A stretch of DNA of 64,000 nt, taken from the NCBI GenBank assembly GCA_965178125.1, contig OZ237741.1:930001-994000 (forward strand), written 5' to 3'. This DNA is from Bilabrum cf. latius. Taxonomy: Eukaryota. A program made the translations under genes and the position numbers. The notes beneath the pieces were generated by a model. It ran no database searches. It was not told the origin of the DNA and saw nothing but the letters and a program-made list of their open reading frames with translations. This document shows positions 23,804 to 36,410 of the stretch, piece after piece (position 1 is the stretch's first letter; each line of letters opens with the position of its first letter).

Positions 23804-26800
23804 ATGTCGGGTTCGGCGGCTCTGGATCCTAGATTTGAGGCCTCGGATACTTTTTCCGGTACGGCATCGGTGCGAGAGGACACTAAAGCGGCATCTCTGC
23901 AGTTTCCTGATCTTCTGTCGTTCGAGGGGGGCAAGGCATCGGAAGCGTCCGCAGCCCCCGCAGCTGGTGAGGCCAGCGGCGGTGAATCTGGCGGAACGAA
24001 GGGCAAAGGCAAGGCTGCGTCGAAAGGTAAAGGCAAGAAGCCAGCTGCTTCGGGTGCTGGAGCTGACGAGGATGACCGCGAGGCCGAACGAAAGCGCAAG
24101 CGCGAGGAAGCTGCGGCAAGGAAGGCGGAAAGGGGTAGGAAAGCCGAAGCTGCCGCTAAGAAGAAGAAGGATGAAGAGGCTGCAAAGAAGAAAAAGGTGG
24201 TCGAAGTGAAGTTTGACAAGGTTCCGGCGGGCCAGAAGAAGAGTAAGAATATTCTCACGTGCGATTGCTGCGCCTTGCGCTCGCAAGACTCGCGGCTCCC
24301 GCAGCATAGTTTGTTCCACTTCTGTATTGCACGCTTGTCTCCCGTTTGCCTACGCAGAGATCGAGGGAACCCCGATGCTGGACGCCTACCACCCCAAGGC
24401 AGTGGAGCACTCGTGGGACGCCTGGTGGCAGGAGCAGGGATACTACTCGTGCGATCCAGAGGAGGCCGCTGCTGTGGGCGAGGAGGGCCGCTTCGTGATG
24501 GTCATCCCCCCGCCCAACGTGACTGGGTCCCTGCATCTCGGGCACGCCCTCACGTGCGCCGTGGAGGACACGCTCGCCAGGTGGCACCGCATGCGGGGCA
24601 AGAAGGTCATGTGGCTGCCCGGCACCGACCACGCCGGTATCGCCACGCAGGCCGTGGTGGAGCGGATGCTCAAGCGCGACGAGGGCAAGACGAGGCAGGA
24701 CCTGGGCCGCGATAAGTTCCTGGAGAAGGTGTGGGAGTGGAAGGAGCAGTACGGGGGGAGGATCTGCTCGCAGCTGAGGTCCCTGGGAGTGTCCGTGGAC
24801 TGGTCCAGGGAGCGATTCACCATGGATGCGGGTCTGTCCAAGGCTGTCAATGCATGCTTCGTGACGCTATTCGAGAGGGGCCTCATCTACAGGCAGTCCC
24901 GACTGGTGAACTGGTGCTGCGCGCTCAACACCGCCATCTCGGACATCGAGGTGGACTACATGGACGTCGAGAAGCCGCTTAAGAGGGCCGTCCCCGGGCA
25001 CGATCCCAAGAAGAAGTACGAGTTCGGGTGGCTGACTAACTTCGCCTACAAGCTGGAGAAGCCGGTTGCTGGGCTGGAGGAGCTGGTCGTCGCCACCACC
25101 CGTCTGGAGACCATGCTCGGTGATGTCGCCGTGGCCGTGCACCCGGAGGATCCCCGGTACAAGGCCATCCACGGCGCCAGTCTGGTGCACCCTTTCACCG
25201 GCCGTAAGATCCCCGTCATCACCGACAGCGAGCTCGTTGACATGAGCTTCGGGACCGGCGCGGTGAAGATCACCCCGGCGCACGACCCCAACGATTTCGC
25301 GTGCGGGCTCCGGCACGGGCTGCCTGAGATCGTGGTTCTGAGCGACGACGGCAGGATGAACGAGCAGGCGGGCATCTTTAAGGGCCAGATGAGGTTCGAC
25401 GCCAGGATCAACGTGGCCAAGGAGCTTGAGAAGCTGGGCCTGCTGCGGGGCAAGGAGCCCAACAAGATGCGCATCGGAGTGTGTTCCCGCTCGGGGGACA
25501 TCATCGAGCCCTTGCCAAAGCCCCAGTGGTGGATGGCGTGCAAGGACATGGCCACCAAGGCAGCGCAGTCCGTGCGCGACGGGGAGCTGAAGATCGTGCC
25601 CAAGATGCACGAGAGCACGTGGTTCCACTGGCTGGACAACTGCCAGGACTGGTGCATCTCGAGGCAGCTCTGGTGGGGCCACCGCATCCCGGCCTACTTT
25701 GTGACGGTCGAGGGCCAGCCCCGCGCCCCCGACTCCTCGCTGGACCACTGGGTGGTCGCGAAGTCGGAGGAGGAGGCAAAGGCCAAGGCTGCCGCCAAGC
25801 TCGGTGTGGACGCTTCCAAGATCACTCTGGAGCAGGACGAGGACGTGCTGGACACGTGGTTCTCCTCAGGGCTCTTCCCCTTCTCCACCTTTGGCTGGCC
25901 TGACGAGGGCCATCTGGACTACAACGGGTTCTACCCCAACACGCTGCTGGAGACGGGTCACGACATCCTCTTCTTCTGGGTGGCGCGCATGGTCATGATG
26001 GGCATGGAGCTGACTGGCAAGCTGCCCTTCCGCACCGTATACCTGCACGCCATGGTCAGGGACAAATACGGCCGCAAGATGAGCAAGAGCCTGGGCAACG
26101 TGATCGATCCCATGGAGGTGATTGACGGGTGCTCGCTGGAACACCTCCACGACAAGCTGTCCAAGGGCAACCTGCCCCCCTCCGAGGTCAAGAAGGCGCA
26201 GCAGGGGCAGTCCAAGGAGTACCCTTACGGGATCCCCGAGTGCGGGGCCGACGCACTTCGGTTCGGTCTGCTGGCCTACACCAAGCAGGGAAGGGACATC
26301 AACCTGGACACGAACCGTGTGGTGGCCTACAGGCACTTCTGCAACAAACTGTGGAACGCGACCAAGCTGTTGCTCAGCTACCTGCCCGAGGGCTACAAGG
26401 TCCCGATGTCGATCGGGGAGATGGAGGCATACTTTGCCAGCCCCGATGGAAGGGGATCGCTGGCTGTGCGCGACCGCTGGATCCTGAGCAGGCTGCACCA
26501 CGCCGTGACCGCCGCCAACACTGGTCTCGACAAGTTCCACTTCGCCGAGGCTTGCGAGGCCATGCACGGGTTCTGGCTGCACGACCTGTGCGATGTGTAC
26601 CTCGAGCTGACCAAGGCCGTGGTTCGCGGGGATGACGCAGCCGCGAAGGATCAGACCCTGATGGTGCTCATGTACTGCTACGAGACGGGCCTGCGCATGC
26701 TGCACCCTGTGATGCCCTTTGTCACCGAGGAGCTGTGGCACCGGATGCCCACGCGAGGCACCGACTGGTCCGAGGGCATCCCCGACCCGCCGTCCGTCAT

Positions 26801-27332
26801 GGTGGCGCCGTACCCCATGCCCATCGAGGGCACGGCTGACCCCCACGCGGAGCGCATGGTGGACGCGTGCATGCGCGCGGTCAAAGCGGCCCGCGTGATC
26901 CGATCCAAGGTCAACCTGAAGGCCAAGCAGAAGACGGAGCTGTTCATCCGATGCGCGGCAGAGGTCGGGGCGGATTTCTCGGCCATGGCTGAAGACATCT
27001 GCCAGCTGGGCGGAGGCACCTCGGTGGCGATCATCGAGCCCGGGGCGGCCGCGCCGGGAGGCTGCTTGCCCGAGGTGGTGGACGCGAGCGCGACCCTGCT
27101 GTCCAAGGTGCAGGGCGCTGTGGATGCCAAGGCGGAGGCTGCACGCATGCAAAAGCAGATGGACAAGAAGGTGAAGGCGCTTGAGAAGCAGGAGAAGAAG
27201 ATGGCCACGGAGAAGTACAAGACCAAGACGCCTGCAGAGATCCAGGAGAAGGATGCTGGCGCGGTGAACGAGCAGAAGCAGGAGATCGCCCGCATCCAGG
27301 AGAGCATTAAGCAGATGCTTGCGCTAGCTTGA
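23804..27332 (+). CDS. VARS: Valyl-tRNA synthetase; intron 24243-24357
   Basis: PPPNVTGSLHLGH, DHAGIATQ, DWCISRQLWWGHRIP, KMSKS and C-terminal coiled coil. The GTAAG...GCAG intron joins GQKKK-IEGTPM. Ends TGA. Confidence 0.97.
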
Positions 27333-27469
27333 TTCGGGCTTGGCATGCTCAAGTTAGTTTGTAGTTTGGTATCTTTGTTCGGCCCGCAGATCCTTTTTTG
27401 GCTCCGGTCCGACATTCGAAAATCCTAGGCAAGCACAATTCCTGCCCGGGATCGAATGAGTGTGCAGCG

Positions 27470-28238
27470 ATGATGAATTGTAGGATGCATGCTGCTCGTA
27501 TCTGGGCACAAGCGCGGACTGCCCGCCTGCACCGATGGCGGAGGGAGCAAGTTGCATCGTTGTGTGCAACTGCTTCCCCGTGGACAGCGAGACTTGAAGC
27601 CGCCAAAGGCATCAGATCGACACCAAGTGAGACCAGTGCAGTACAGCAACTGTCCCATATCGATGGTATGCTGCCTGGAATGGTGGACGTCACCGATAAA
27701 GTGCCCGGCAAGCGTCAGGCTATCGCGGAGGCTTTCGTTGAGCTACCAAAGAGTGTCAGAGAAGTTCTTGCCTCCCGCAATGGAGACGACACCGATGATA
27801 TCGCTACACTGAAGGTAAGCCGAACCTTGATCTGGCATCTGGTCCGCTGCGCGCTCGCATACTCACGTGCACACAGATTTGTGGTCCATGCAGCGTGCGC
27901 AGGGCCCTGTATTTGCTACTGCAGTAATTGCAGGCACGCAAGCTGCCAAACAGACCGCTTCACTCATACCGCTGTGCCACAACCTTCCTGTAACTGGGTG
28001 TCGGATCGACTGCTCGCTGTCTGATGACCTGGAGCGGGTGAGGATCGAGGCAGATGTTCGCACGCACTACGGGACAGGCGTGGAGATGGAGGCGCTCACA
28101 GCGGCCTCCGTGGCCGGCCTCACGGTAATTGATATGCTGAAGGCTTGGTCTCCCGAGCTGGAGCTGAATGGTGTGCGCTTGCTGCGAAAGACTGGCGGCA
28201 AGCGAGACTTCGAAGCACACAGCACTGCCACTGCGTGA
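27470..28238 (+). CDS. moaC: Cyclic pyranopterin monophosphate synthase (MoaC/MOCS1B/CNX3) with a likely mitochondrial presequence; intron 27815-27902
   Basis: LSH...MVDV, KGPVFATAVIAG..AAK.T..LIPLCH, TGVEMEALTAASVA.LT..DMLKA. Confidence 0.93.
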
Positions 28239-28595
28239 CCGAGGAGCCCCTCAGGCTGGCGGGCAGCGAGGTGATATGATGAGGCAATGCAGCCTGCTCG
28301 AACAAAAGAGACAAATTCCATGCAATCGATCAACCGAGTAAAACCAAGCAAACACATGCGCGCCACCCGGGCGCATGGCTCCGCGGCATCAAAGGCGGGA
28401 CGAACTCGGCAAGCAACACAGTGTTTCATGCATTGCCACTGCCTGACTGTCCCCGCTACTTGGATGACCGCTGATTACCCATCTGCAATCGCCCAACGTT
28501 GAGTGAAGGGCCCAGGGGGGGAGTGGGGGGGGGTCTCAGTGTGCGATCGCCTGCCTCGTTACCCACCAGGCGTTGCGGCCCGGGGGGCAGTCAGA

Positions 28596-29872
28596 TCACC
28601 CGCCAAAGCCCCCGCCCATGGCAGCCTCCCACGTGGCCCGCAGCTGCTGGTGCGCCTGCCGAAAATACTCCACGTCTCCCGCGCTCAGATTCGTGTTTGT
28701 GGCATCCCCGTACGTGTAGAATGTCATGCACATGTCGTCCGACACGATTGCCTCTGCCGGGTGGTAGCACAGCCTGGATGTGCAGCACATCTTGGCGCAT
28801 GGGATGTTGTTCTTCTTGGACAGGGCCTCCTCGATCTTCATCATGTTTGACACCCCCATGCTGTACACCCCGCGCCTCCTGAGCTTGACGTCAAACGTGC
28901 TCGCCCGAGCGTATCCTTCAACGAGCCCGATATTCACGATCTCGTGGAAGGGGTTCCAGCCTTGCCTGCCGAGAATGATGAAGCCCCAGACAAAGATGAG
29001 GCTGAGCAACCCCAGCACGGAGTCCAGCACGAACGTAAGGATAGCAGAGATGGGGAGGATGTACACGTACAGGGCGATCGAGATCAAGATGTCGTAGAGC
29101 ATCACGACCAACGAGCCAAAGTACAGGCAGATGCCCAGATTTCGGCACCCATCAGTCCTGGCGTCATCATTACCGCACCTCCCGCCGAAGCAACGGCTGC
29201 AAAGTAGCCACAAGATTGGAACATTACACACAGGACGGTTCGACGGACTCGGCATGCCAAGCAGAAGGGTTGACAAGCGGTCCATCGCTCCCACGAACAG
29301 ACTTGGCAATCCCCAGAAGCCATATACGACTCGAGATTGCCAGGCTGCTACAAATGTCTTGCCACTGACCGCAGTACCGCCCCGAAGTTTATGGATCATT
29401 CCTTGAATAGCGGTGCGCTCGTCGTCTCCTTCGAGCAAATCTCCGTACCGCTGCAGTCTTTCTTCCAGAACGTCAGCGGTAAATCGAGGGAAGAGAGCCT
29501 GCCTCTTTGAGGTGGCTGGAAGTTTGGCAGAGTCGATGCAGTTGCAACTGCGCAGAGCCGAGAGGTAGCCAGCCATTCAGGACCGTATGGACGGTGGTGT
29601 AAACGCAATCAAGCAAACTGAGTAGCGTAAACTCACAGGCATTGGCACTGATAACACCCATTGACGCGGTACATCCACTGCATGAGGGTTTCGTAGTCCA
29701 GCTCGGTAAAGTCAGACGCTGCGCCTGTGCCTCCGTACGAGCCACCGAAGCCGGCATTTCCTGCTGGAGCGGGAGCCGGCTGAGCCGTTCCTTCCTCTGC
29801 AGACACGAGAGCCTTTGCCGATTGATCATTTGAGCCTGGCGCTACGCTTGCGTACTGTGATCCCTACGACAT
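28596..29872 (-). CDS. Multi-pass membrane protein of unknown function; exons 29872-29637 and 29547-28596
   Basis: Starts ATG TCG TAG GGA. The GTGAG...GCAG intron 29548-29636 joins CYQCQCL-CNC in frame. Hydrophobic helices in the C-terminal half; ends TGA. Confidence 0.7.
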
Positions 29873-30112
29873 TGTGCTTTGATTGTGAGTGTAGATTGTG
29901 CGACGCGCCAGACATGTCGCGGATATGTCGCGGACTCGGAGCAGCAGCTTGTCCATCACCGAGCGTCTCAATAGCCGCGTTGCTGCAGCCTAAATGCCAC
30001 CAAAATTCACACGGGTAGCCATAAACAAAAATCGGTGGACGCTTGTGACCGCATGTATGGGCAAAGCAGCAAACAATAGCAAGCTAAAGCCCCCGCCTAT
30101 AGGCTATGGCAC

Positions 30113-30353
30113 TGGCAGCCTCCCACGTGGCCCGCAGCTGCTGGTGCGCCTGCCGAAAATACTCCACGTCTCCCGCGCTCAGATTCGTGTTTGTGGCATC
30201 CCCGTACGTGTAGAATGTCATGCACATGTCGTCCGACACGATGGCCGCTGCCGGGTGGTAGCACAGCCTGGATGTGCAGCTCATCTTGGCGCATGGGATG
30301 TTGTTCTTCTTGGACAGGGCCTCCTCGATCTTCATCATGTTTGACACCCCCAT
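30113..30353 (-). pseudogene. Near-identical 241-bp duplicate of the 3' coding end (28619-28859) of the adjacent membrane-protein gene
   Basis: Direct comparison shows only a few substitutions; the rest of the gene is absent. Confidence 0.8.
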
Positions 30354-30644
30354 TGCCAAACAGAGGCACTCCTGGGGGCCATAGCCCCCTGTCAGCGACG
30401 AACAACCCTGTCCCCCTGGGCTCACTCCCAACGACAGCGGTGCCGGTCCCAAATTCATGAGTAGGAAAGCGTCTGTCGGCAAGAATAATCTATTAGTTGA
30501 CCAGCGACACAACCCTGGTGGAGGCCATGACCTAGATCTGAACGCCTATTTCGTGTTTTCATCTTCGCAATTGTACCAGTCGCACCAATCGACTACGCGC
30601 GCTCGGTCGCCAGACTATAGCGCCCGCAAAGCAATACTGGACCC

Positions 30645-32111
30645 ATGAAATCTATTTAGCGTTGTAGTAAATTGATTGCTTCGGTAGCAAGGCGTTCTTC
30701 GCTCGCCGGAGGTGCTCGTAGCAGTGGGCGCAGTGTTCTGGCTCTCCGGTGCTTTGGCACTAGCTCAGTTGTCTCTGACCAATCGAATCCACCTCCGGGT
30801 ACCATTCTCGACGCTTCTGGCAGCCCTCTTCCTTCCACTGAAGCTGGGGGTGGGGGATCACCGTCTGCCGGGGAGGCAGAGATCTTGGAAGCTAGCGATG
30901 AGACGTTCCAAGAGTTGGTCATGCAGAGCCCCCGACCGGTAATTGTTCAGCTGACAGCAACATGGTGCGGACCTTGCAAGTCGCTAGGACCGAAGCTGCA
31001 GGCTGTCGTGCGCGCAGCAGGAAACACGCTCCGTTTGGTGGTTGTCGACGTGGACAAGTGTCCGCAGGTGGCTGGCGGCCTCCGCGTGCAGTCAGTTCCT
31101 ACAGTACTCGGGGTGGTGGGCGGAAAGGTAGTGGATCAGTTCATGGGAGATGTGCCGGCAGACCGGCTGCAGAACTTCGTGGCCACGATCGGGCAGGCAG
31201 CCTAGCAGCACGAAGCAGCTGGAGGTGGTGCCGGTTCCGCAGAGGGCGCCGCGCCCGCGGGCTCGCAGTTCGTCCAGGCCGTGGATGCCGCCCGTCGAGT
31301 GCTTGCTGACGTCATGAAGGACGTGACCGGCGTGGGTGCCGGGGGAGCGGGCGAGCAAGGAGCAAATGCTTCGGCAGGAGGAGCAGCAGCCTCACCGCCC
31401 GCAGCAGCAGCAGCCTCAGGAGGGGAAGATGCCCCGAAGGGGGGTGCCTTCGCCCCGGGGCCCTGGCTAGCCAGCGCGCCTCAGGAGCAGCAGGCCAAGG
31501 CGGCAGAGGCCGACAGGATCCTCCAAGCCGTGGTGCAGCGGCTGCTCCCCGCCGTGGCAGCAGCCGCATCCCATGCGCAGAAGGGGGCGGGCATTGCCGA
31601 GGACAAAGAGGATGATGCGACCAAGTAGGACGGAGCAGGTGCTCCACCAGAGGTCGCAGACGAGGACAAGGCCGCTCTGGCGGAAGCCCTCTCCCACATG
31701 GTGCTGGTGCGGCTCGCCATGGGTCGCTTCGAGGAGGCCGCGGGCGTGACCGAGGGTGCCAAGGACGTGCTGCTGGAGCACTCGTCACACCCTCCGGTGC
31801 AGATGGCCCTGCGCGAGGTGGACAGGGCACGGGTGGCCCACGAGGCCGAGGCCAAGCTGGCCCCCCTGCGGGAGGCGGTTGCAACCGATCCCAAGAGCGC
31901 CGAGGCGCAGCTGCGGCTGGGCGAGGGGCTGCGGGAGGCTCAGAAATTCGGGGAGGCCGTGGATGCGCTGATCGAGTCGATGAGGCTGGACGGGAAACTG
32001 GAGGACGGGGCGGCCAAAGCTGCGATTCTGAAGGTCTGCGAGGAGGCGGGGGAGGGCAGCGCAGTGGCGACAGATGCCAGGCGCAAGCTGAGCAGGGTGC
32101 TGTTCATCTGA
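30645..32111 (+). CDS. Thioredoxin-TPR chaperedoxin (CnoX/YbbN-like) with a predicted mitochondrial presequence
   Basis: WCGPC thioredoxin domain, TPR-like helices and C-terminal RRKLSRVLFI. TAG at 30657, 31203 and 31626; ends TGA. Confidence 0.85.
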
Positions 32112-32339
32112 GATGATTCTGTGGGCCTGCGGTGGGACTGCGGCTGTGGTGCAAGGAACTTATCGGATTGCTGACAACGGCTTGTGTTTAGGACAGCGTA
32201 TCGCCTGCTGACGCCCCCAGCACAGGCGCCACCTGATCGTTGCTGGCATGCAGTCGTCACACAGTGTGATCATCATCACGTGGGGCGGCGTGGTGGCAGA
32301 TTGTGTGGTGCAGTGCCACAGCGCAAGATTGCAACCAAA

Positions 32340-34583
32340 ATGAACAGAAAACGTAAAAGAAACGAGTTGTACTCTCTTGTGCGGGACAACATGCTTGCTG
32401 ATGAGCTTTACACTTCCGGCAGAAGCGCTGACGGGACCACGTCCGGCCGAGCTAGAAAGCAAGTGCAGCGACTGGGAATCAACGACAAACCAGAGTCTCC
32501 GAAGCGGAAGAAGCCCAGGAAATCTGAACGGGGCAATCAAAATTCTCGCTCAGATCGCGGTCTGCTCCATGGGAAAGTGGTGGAGTGGAAAGCCTCTGAC
32601 TCCGTCGAGGCGAGACCCTCCAGGATTCACGGTGTTGGCCTTTTTTGCACCGAGCATATTGCCGCGAACGAAGTAGTAGGGTATATTGGTGGTATCCTCC
32701 GGGATCTCAGCGAAGAGGCTGGGCGCCTTCGTGCAAAGAAAGGTACGGTGTAGGTCACGGTCGTTCGAAATGAGAAAGGTGAACTCGTGAGGTGGTCCTC
32801 GAAGCCGGAAGACTCGGATGATCACGGTCCAAAGAGACATTGTATCTGTCGACGCACTTGGGAGGAGGATCAAAGCTCAATGGTCGAGTGCACTGGCTGC
32901 AAAGAGTGGTTTCACTTCGGCTGCCTTGGATACTAGGTAGGTCCAGCCGCCTCACTGGAGCTTCCCGCAGCCGATGAATCTGGAGCGGCGGCCGGCCAAG
33001 CAAATACACCTACAAGCACCTCTGCATCTTCGGCCAGCCGCCTGCGGTCTGCTTCCCCGCTCGCTGAATCGTCGTCTGCGGCGAGCGAGCAAAGCGCCAA
33101 GCCAGTGCCAGTAGTGCGGGACGCCTACGGTCGCGTAGTTGACGTGGAGAGCGACTGGAAATGCCCCAAGTGCGCGCCCCCGGAGAGACTGCACCGGGAA
33201 TCGTCCGCGCCATCCGTCGCCCCCGTGCACCTGATCCACCTACCTGGGAATGGAGGCAGATTCGCCATCGATGCCACCCCTCCCCCGGGACAGAGCCCGA
33301 AGGAAGCACTCGCTGCCAACCCATGCAGGTTCATCAACCACTGCTGCCAGCCGAACTGCAGGCTAGAGCTGGAGGAACGCACGGGCAGGGTCAGAATCAG
33401 GGCCATCCGCGCCATCAATCCACCGGTGGAGCTGGTGGCGTCCTACATGGTGGTCGACGACAGCAGCGGCGGCCCCGCCTCGGCTAGCGACCCGCCCCCG
33501 CATCCCAAGTGGATACCATCCGTGGCAAGAGGGGGGCAAATCCTGTGCTGTGACAAGTGCGCTACCGAGCACAGGGACACGGATGCCGCGTGGTACAGAA
33601 AGTGGGTGGCCTGGAAGGGCAGGCGGCGGCTGAAGAAGACTCAGTCGAGAGCTGGAGCTGGAGCTGGAGTGGGATTTGCTGGTTGTGCAGGTGCAGGTGC
33701 AGGTGCAGGTGCAGGTGCAGGTGCAGGTGCAGGTGCAGGTGCAGGTGCAGGTGCAGGTGCAGGTGCAGGTGCAGGTGTCAAACAAATTGAGGGCGTGGTG
33801 CCCATGTCTGCATCGATGCCGAGTGGGGTTGCTACGATTAGATTGGCCGTGTCAGAGCCAGCACCAGCACCAGCACCAGCACCAGCACCAGCACCAGCAG
33901 CACCAGCACCAGCACCAGCACCAGCACCAGCACCAGCACCAGCACCAGCACCAGCACCAGCACCAGCACCAGCACCAGCACCAGCACCAGCACCAGCACC
34001 AGCACCAGCACCAGCACCAGCACCGGCACCAGCACCAGCACCAACAAGCAGCTCTTCATCCACAGCATGGCCAGCCAGCACGGGTCTTGCTGCAGGAGCA
34101 ACAAGCAGCACGTGTCTTGCTGCAGGAGCAACAAGCAGCACGGGTCTTGCTGCAGGAGCAACAAGCAGCATGGGTCTGTCTGCAGGAGCAACAAGAAGCA
34201 GCAGCCTGAAGAACGACTTAATTCAACGAGGTCTGTCACCTTATCCCCGGAAGGCAATTCTAGAGGCGCCCGCGCTTTCGGATGCGTCACCACTGTCGTG
34301 CAATGCAACGGCAGGGCCGGAGACAGCTTCGATGGTGAGCGCCCAATCGGCCTAGAGCCAGGCATGCGTGATCCGCGGAGTCTTGGCCGGCAGCGGGGAT
34401 GAGAGCACACCCCCTCTGCCGCCCAGATCTTTGCATTACCCGGCTGCTGGTCAACTGGCACAGCGCGCGGAGAGTGGGGGTGGACCGCGCGACCTGCGCG
34501 TTGTCAAGCAGGCAGGTCCCAGCCAAGTCCTGTAGAGCAAGGCAGGGAGCCAAGCACCACAGAGCAAAGCAGAGAGCTCATGA
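32340..34583 (+). CDS. SET-domain protein with a PHD finger inserted within the SET domain
   Basis: SRIHGVGLF ... CICRR...MVECTGCKEWFHFGC...WKCPKC ... RFINHCCQPN...ELVASY. Four in-frame TAG; ends TGA 34581. Confidence 0.85.
33687..33776. repeat. (GCAGGT)15 coding microsatellite, poly-AG
   Basis: Seen directly. Confidence 0.95.
33858..34043. repeat. (CCAGCA)n coding microsatellite, poly-PA, about 30 units
   Basis: Seen directly. Confidence 0.95.
34077..34196. repeat. 30-bp coding tandem repeat, 4 copies (STGLAAGATS)
   Basis: agcacgggtcttgctgcaggagcaacaagc repeated with minor changes. Confidence 0.9.
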
Positions 34584-34730
34584 TCTGGATTGGAGGGTCT
34601 GAGCAACAGCGCATGCCTTCATTTTTGCGTGACGCCTACGTGTGGTCAGCGTAAATTACTGTCCATAGGTCCGAAGTAGACAGCCAAGCCACGTCCTGCC
34701 CGAAAGACGCACCAGAAGAATCAGACTCTC

Positions 34731-36410
34731 TCAGCTGTGGGTGTGCCTGCGCACCTCCTTGGGCACCTTGTAGATCTTCGCCATGCCGCTCCCCACGAAC
34801 ACCAGCGACACGTAATGCCCGGTCGGCGACACTCGCAGGCGTCGCACCACGCCCAGGCCCTCCAGCGGGATCAGCACCGAACTGGGGTGCTCGCACTCGT
34901 CATCCGCCGAGGCACCCGCCGCCCCGCCCGTGGCAGCCCCTCTACTGCTCGAAGCGCCTGCCCCACCCCCGGCGTGGAAGGCCTGGTCCCCCACCAGCCC
35001 GCACAGCTCTAGTACGGCAGGCCAGTCGCCTGGCGACCCGCCTCCCTTGCCAGAGCCGCCTGCATCTGCCTCCGCCGCACCTTTCGAAAGCTGCTCCTGC
35101 AGCCGCTTGGACCTTGGCGCGCCCTGGCGCACGCAAGCCAGCACCCTGCCGTCCGTGCTGGTCGCAAGGTGCCTCACCGGCCGGCGATCGGAGCCTGCGG
35201 GCCTGTACCGCCCGAGCAGCTTCGGACTCTCCCCTGACGTCCACTTGACCCCGATGTCCCACTCGGCCCACGTGCCGTCATCGCTTCCTGTGTACGCGCG
35301 CACGGGCTTGAGCGGCTGCGCCCCCACGACCGGCCCTGGGGGCCCGAAAGTGACGGCATTTACGGTGCCGTGATGCCCCCCCGATAGCACCATGGCGTCT
35401 TTGAGGTGCTGCACGGGGCCCATGGGGCTGCTCCTCACCAGGGCACGCACAGGCACCTCGGTTCTCCAGGTTGCAACCGCTGCGTATGACCCGTCCCCCG
35501 AGAGCGCCGCCCCGTTGTTCCCTCCGGAGTTCACGCTCCACTTCTTGAGTTTGGAGCGGGAGTCACCGGAGAACAGGTGCAGGTCCATGTCCTTGCCGTC
35601 GGAGACAACAGTGAGGAACACCCACCTGCCGTCGGAGCCTCCCAGCGGCGCCGCGCACACCTCGCCCAGCTGCGCGGTGTGCGGAACCGGCACGGATCCG
35701 CTGCCTTCCGTGAGTGTTGCAACCGGGACCACGCCGCCACCCTTGCGCGGCTTGGGCGGGTCCTCCACGCGAACGTACCTGATTCGCTGCCGACCCTGGC
35801 ACGCCGCCAGGATGGTGCCTCCGTCGGGGGAGAAAGCGAGCACGGACGCAGTCTCGGCTCCCAAGTCCATTCCTGCCGGCGGCACGTCAGGTTCTTCTGG
35901 CTTTGTGCCCGCAGCGACTCTGTGCAGCTTCACTGCGTTGCCCTCGCACGCAGTTGCAATATGCTTGCCATCGGGGCTGAATACTGCATCCAGTAGTGGC
36001 CGGTCGTGGCCTTTCAGCAGCCGCAGGAACAGCGGATGCGTCGGTGGCTTCTCACTCTTTGACGCCTTCCCGCGGGTTTTCCGCATTTCACGCTCTAGTC
36101 GTTTCAGCTCCTCTTTCTCTCGCCTGCGTTGCTCAGCTCTCGATACGCTGGGGGACTCAGGAACTACGGCGGCGTCACCCCACGTGTCGGCCTCGGGACC
36201 GCGGTCCTCGTCCACCTCCTCTGCCTACGCAGCGGCAACCTCCTGTTCTTCCGTCCTTGCCTTACTGGCTGCAAACTACCCAATGATAATGTACGACACT
36301 GCAACCGTGAAAACAAGAGACAACGATCCCACCACGACTATGCCTGGCCAGTTTGGCTTCCCGTACCGATTATACACCAGCTGGTCAGGCTGGGAGAAAT
36401 CTACAGCCAT
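34731..36410 (-). CDS. WD40 protein with an N-terminal TM anchor, TBL2-like
   Basis: TM segment GIVVVGSLSLVFTVAVSYIIIG; THPLFLRLLKGH...FSPDGKHIATAC; TGSDDGTWAEWDI. Two TAG lie between the TM segment and the WD region; ends TGA. Confidence 0.8.

Noticed and set aside
24867-27152. Long antisense ORFs over ValRS (similar ones over other genes)
   Set aside because: Shadow ORFs from high GC3 codon bias; no domain motifs.
34077-34196. 30-bp repeats as a CRISPR array
   Set aside because: No spacers, in-frame coding repeat, eukaryotic context.
33676-34209. Poly-VQ/HQ, poly-CR and poly-LV ORFs
   Set aside because: Alternative frames of the hexamer repeats in the SET gene.
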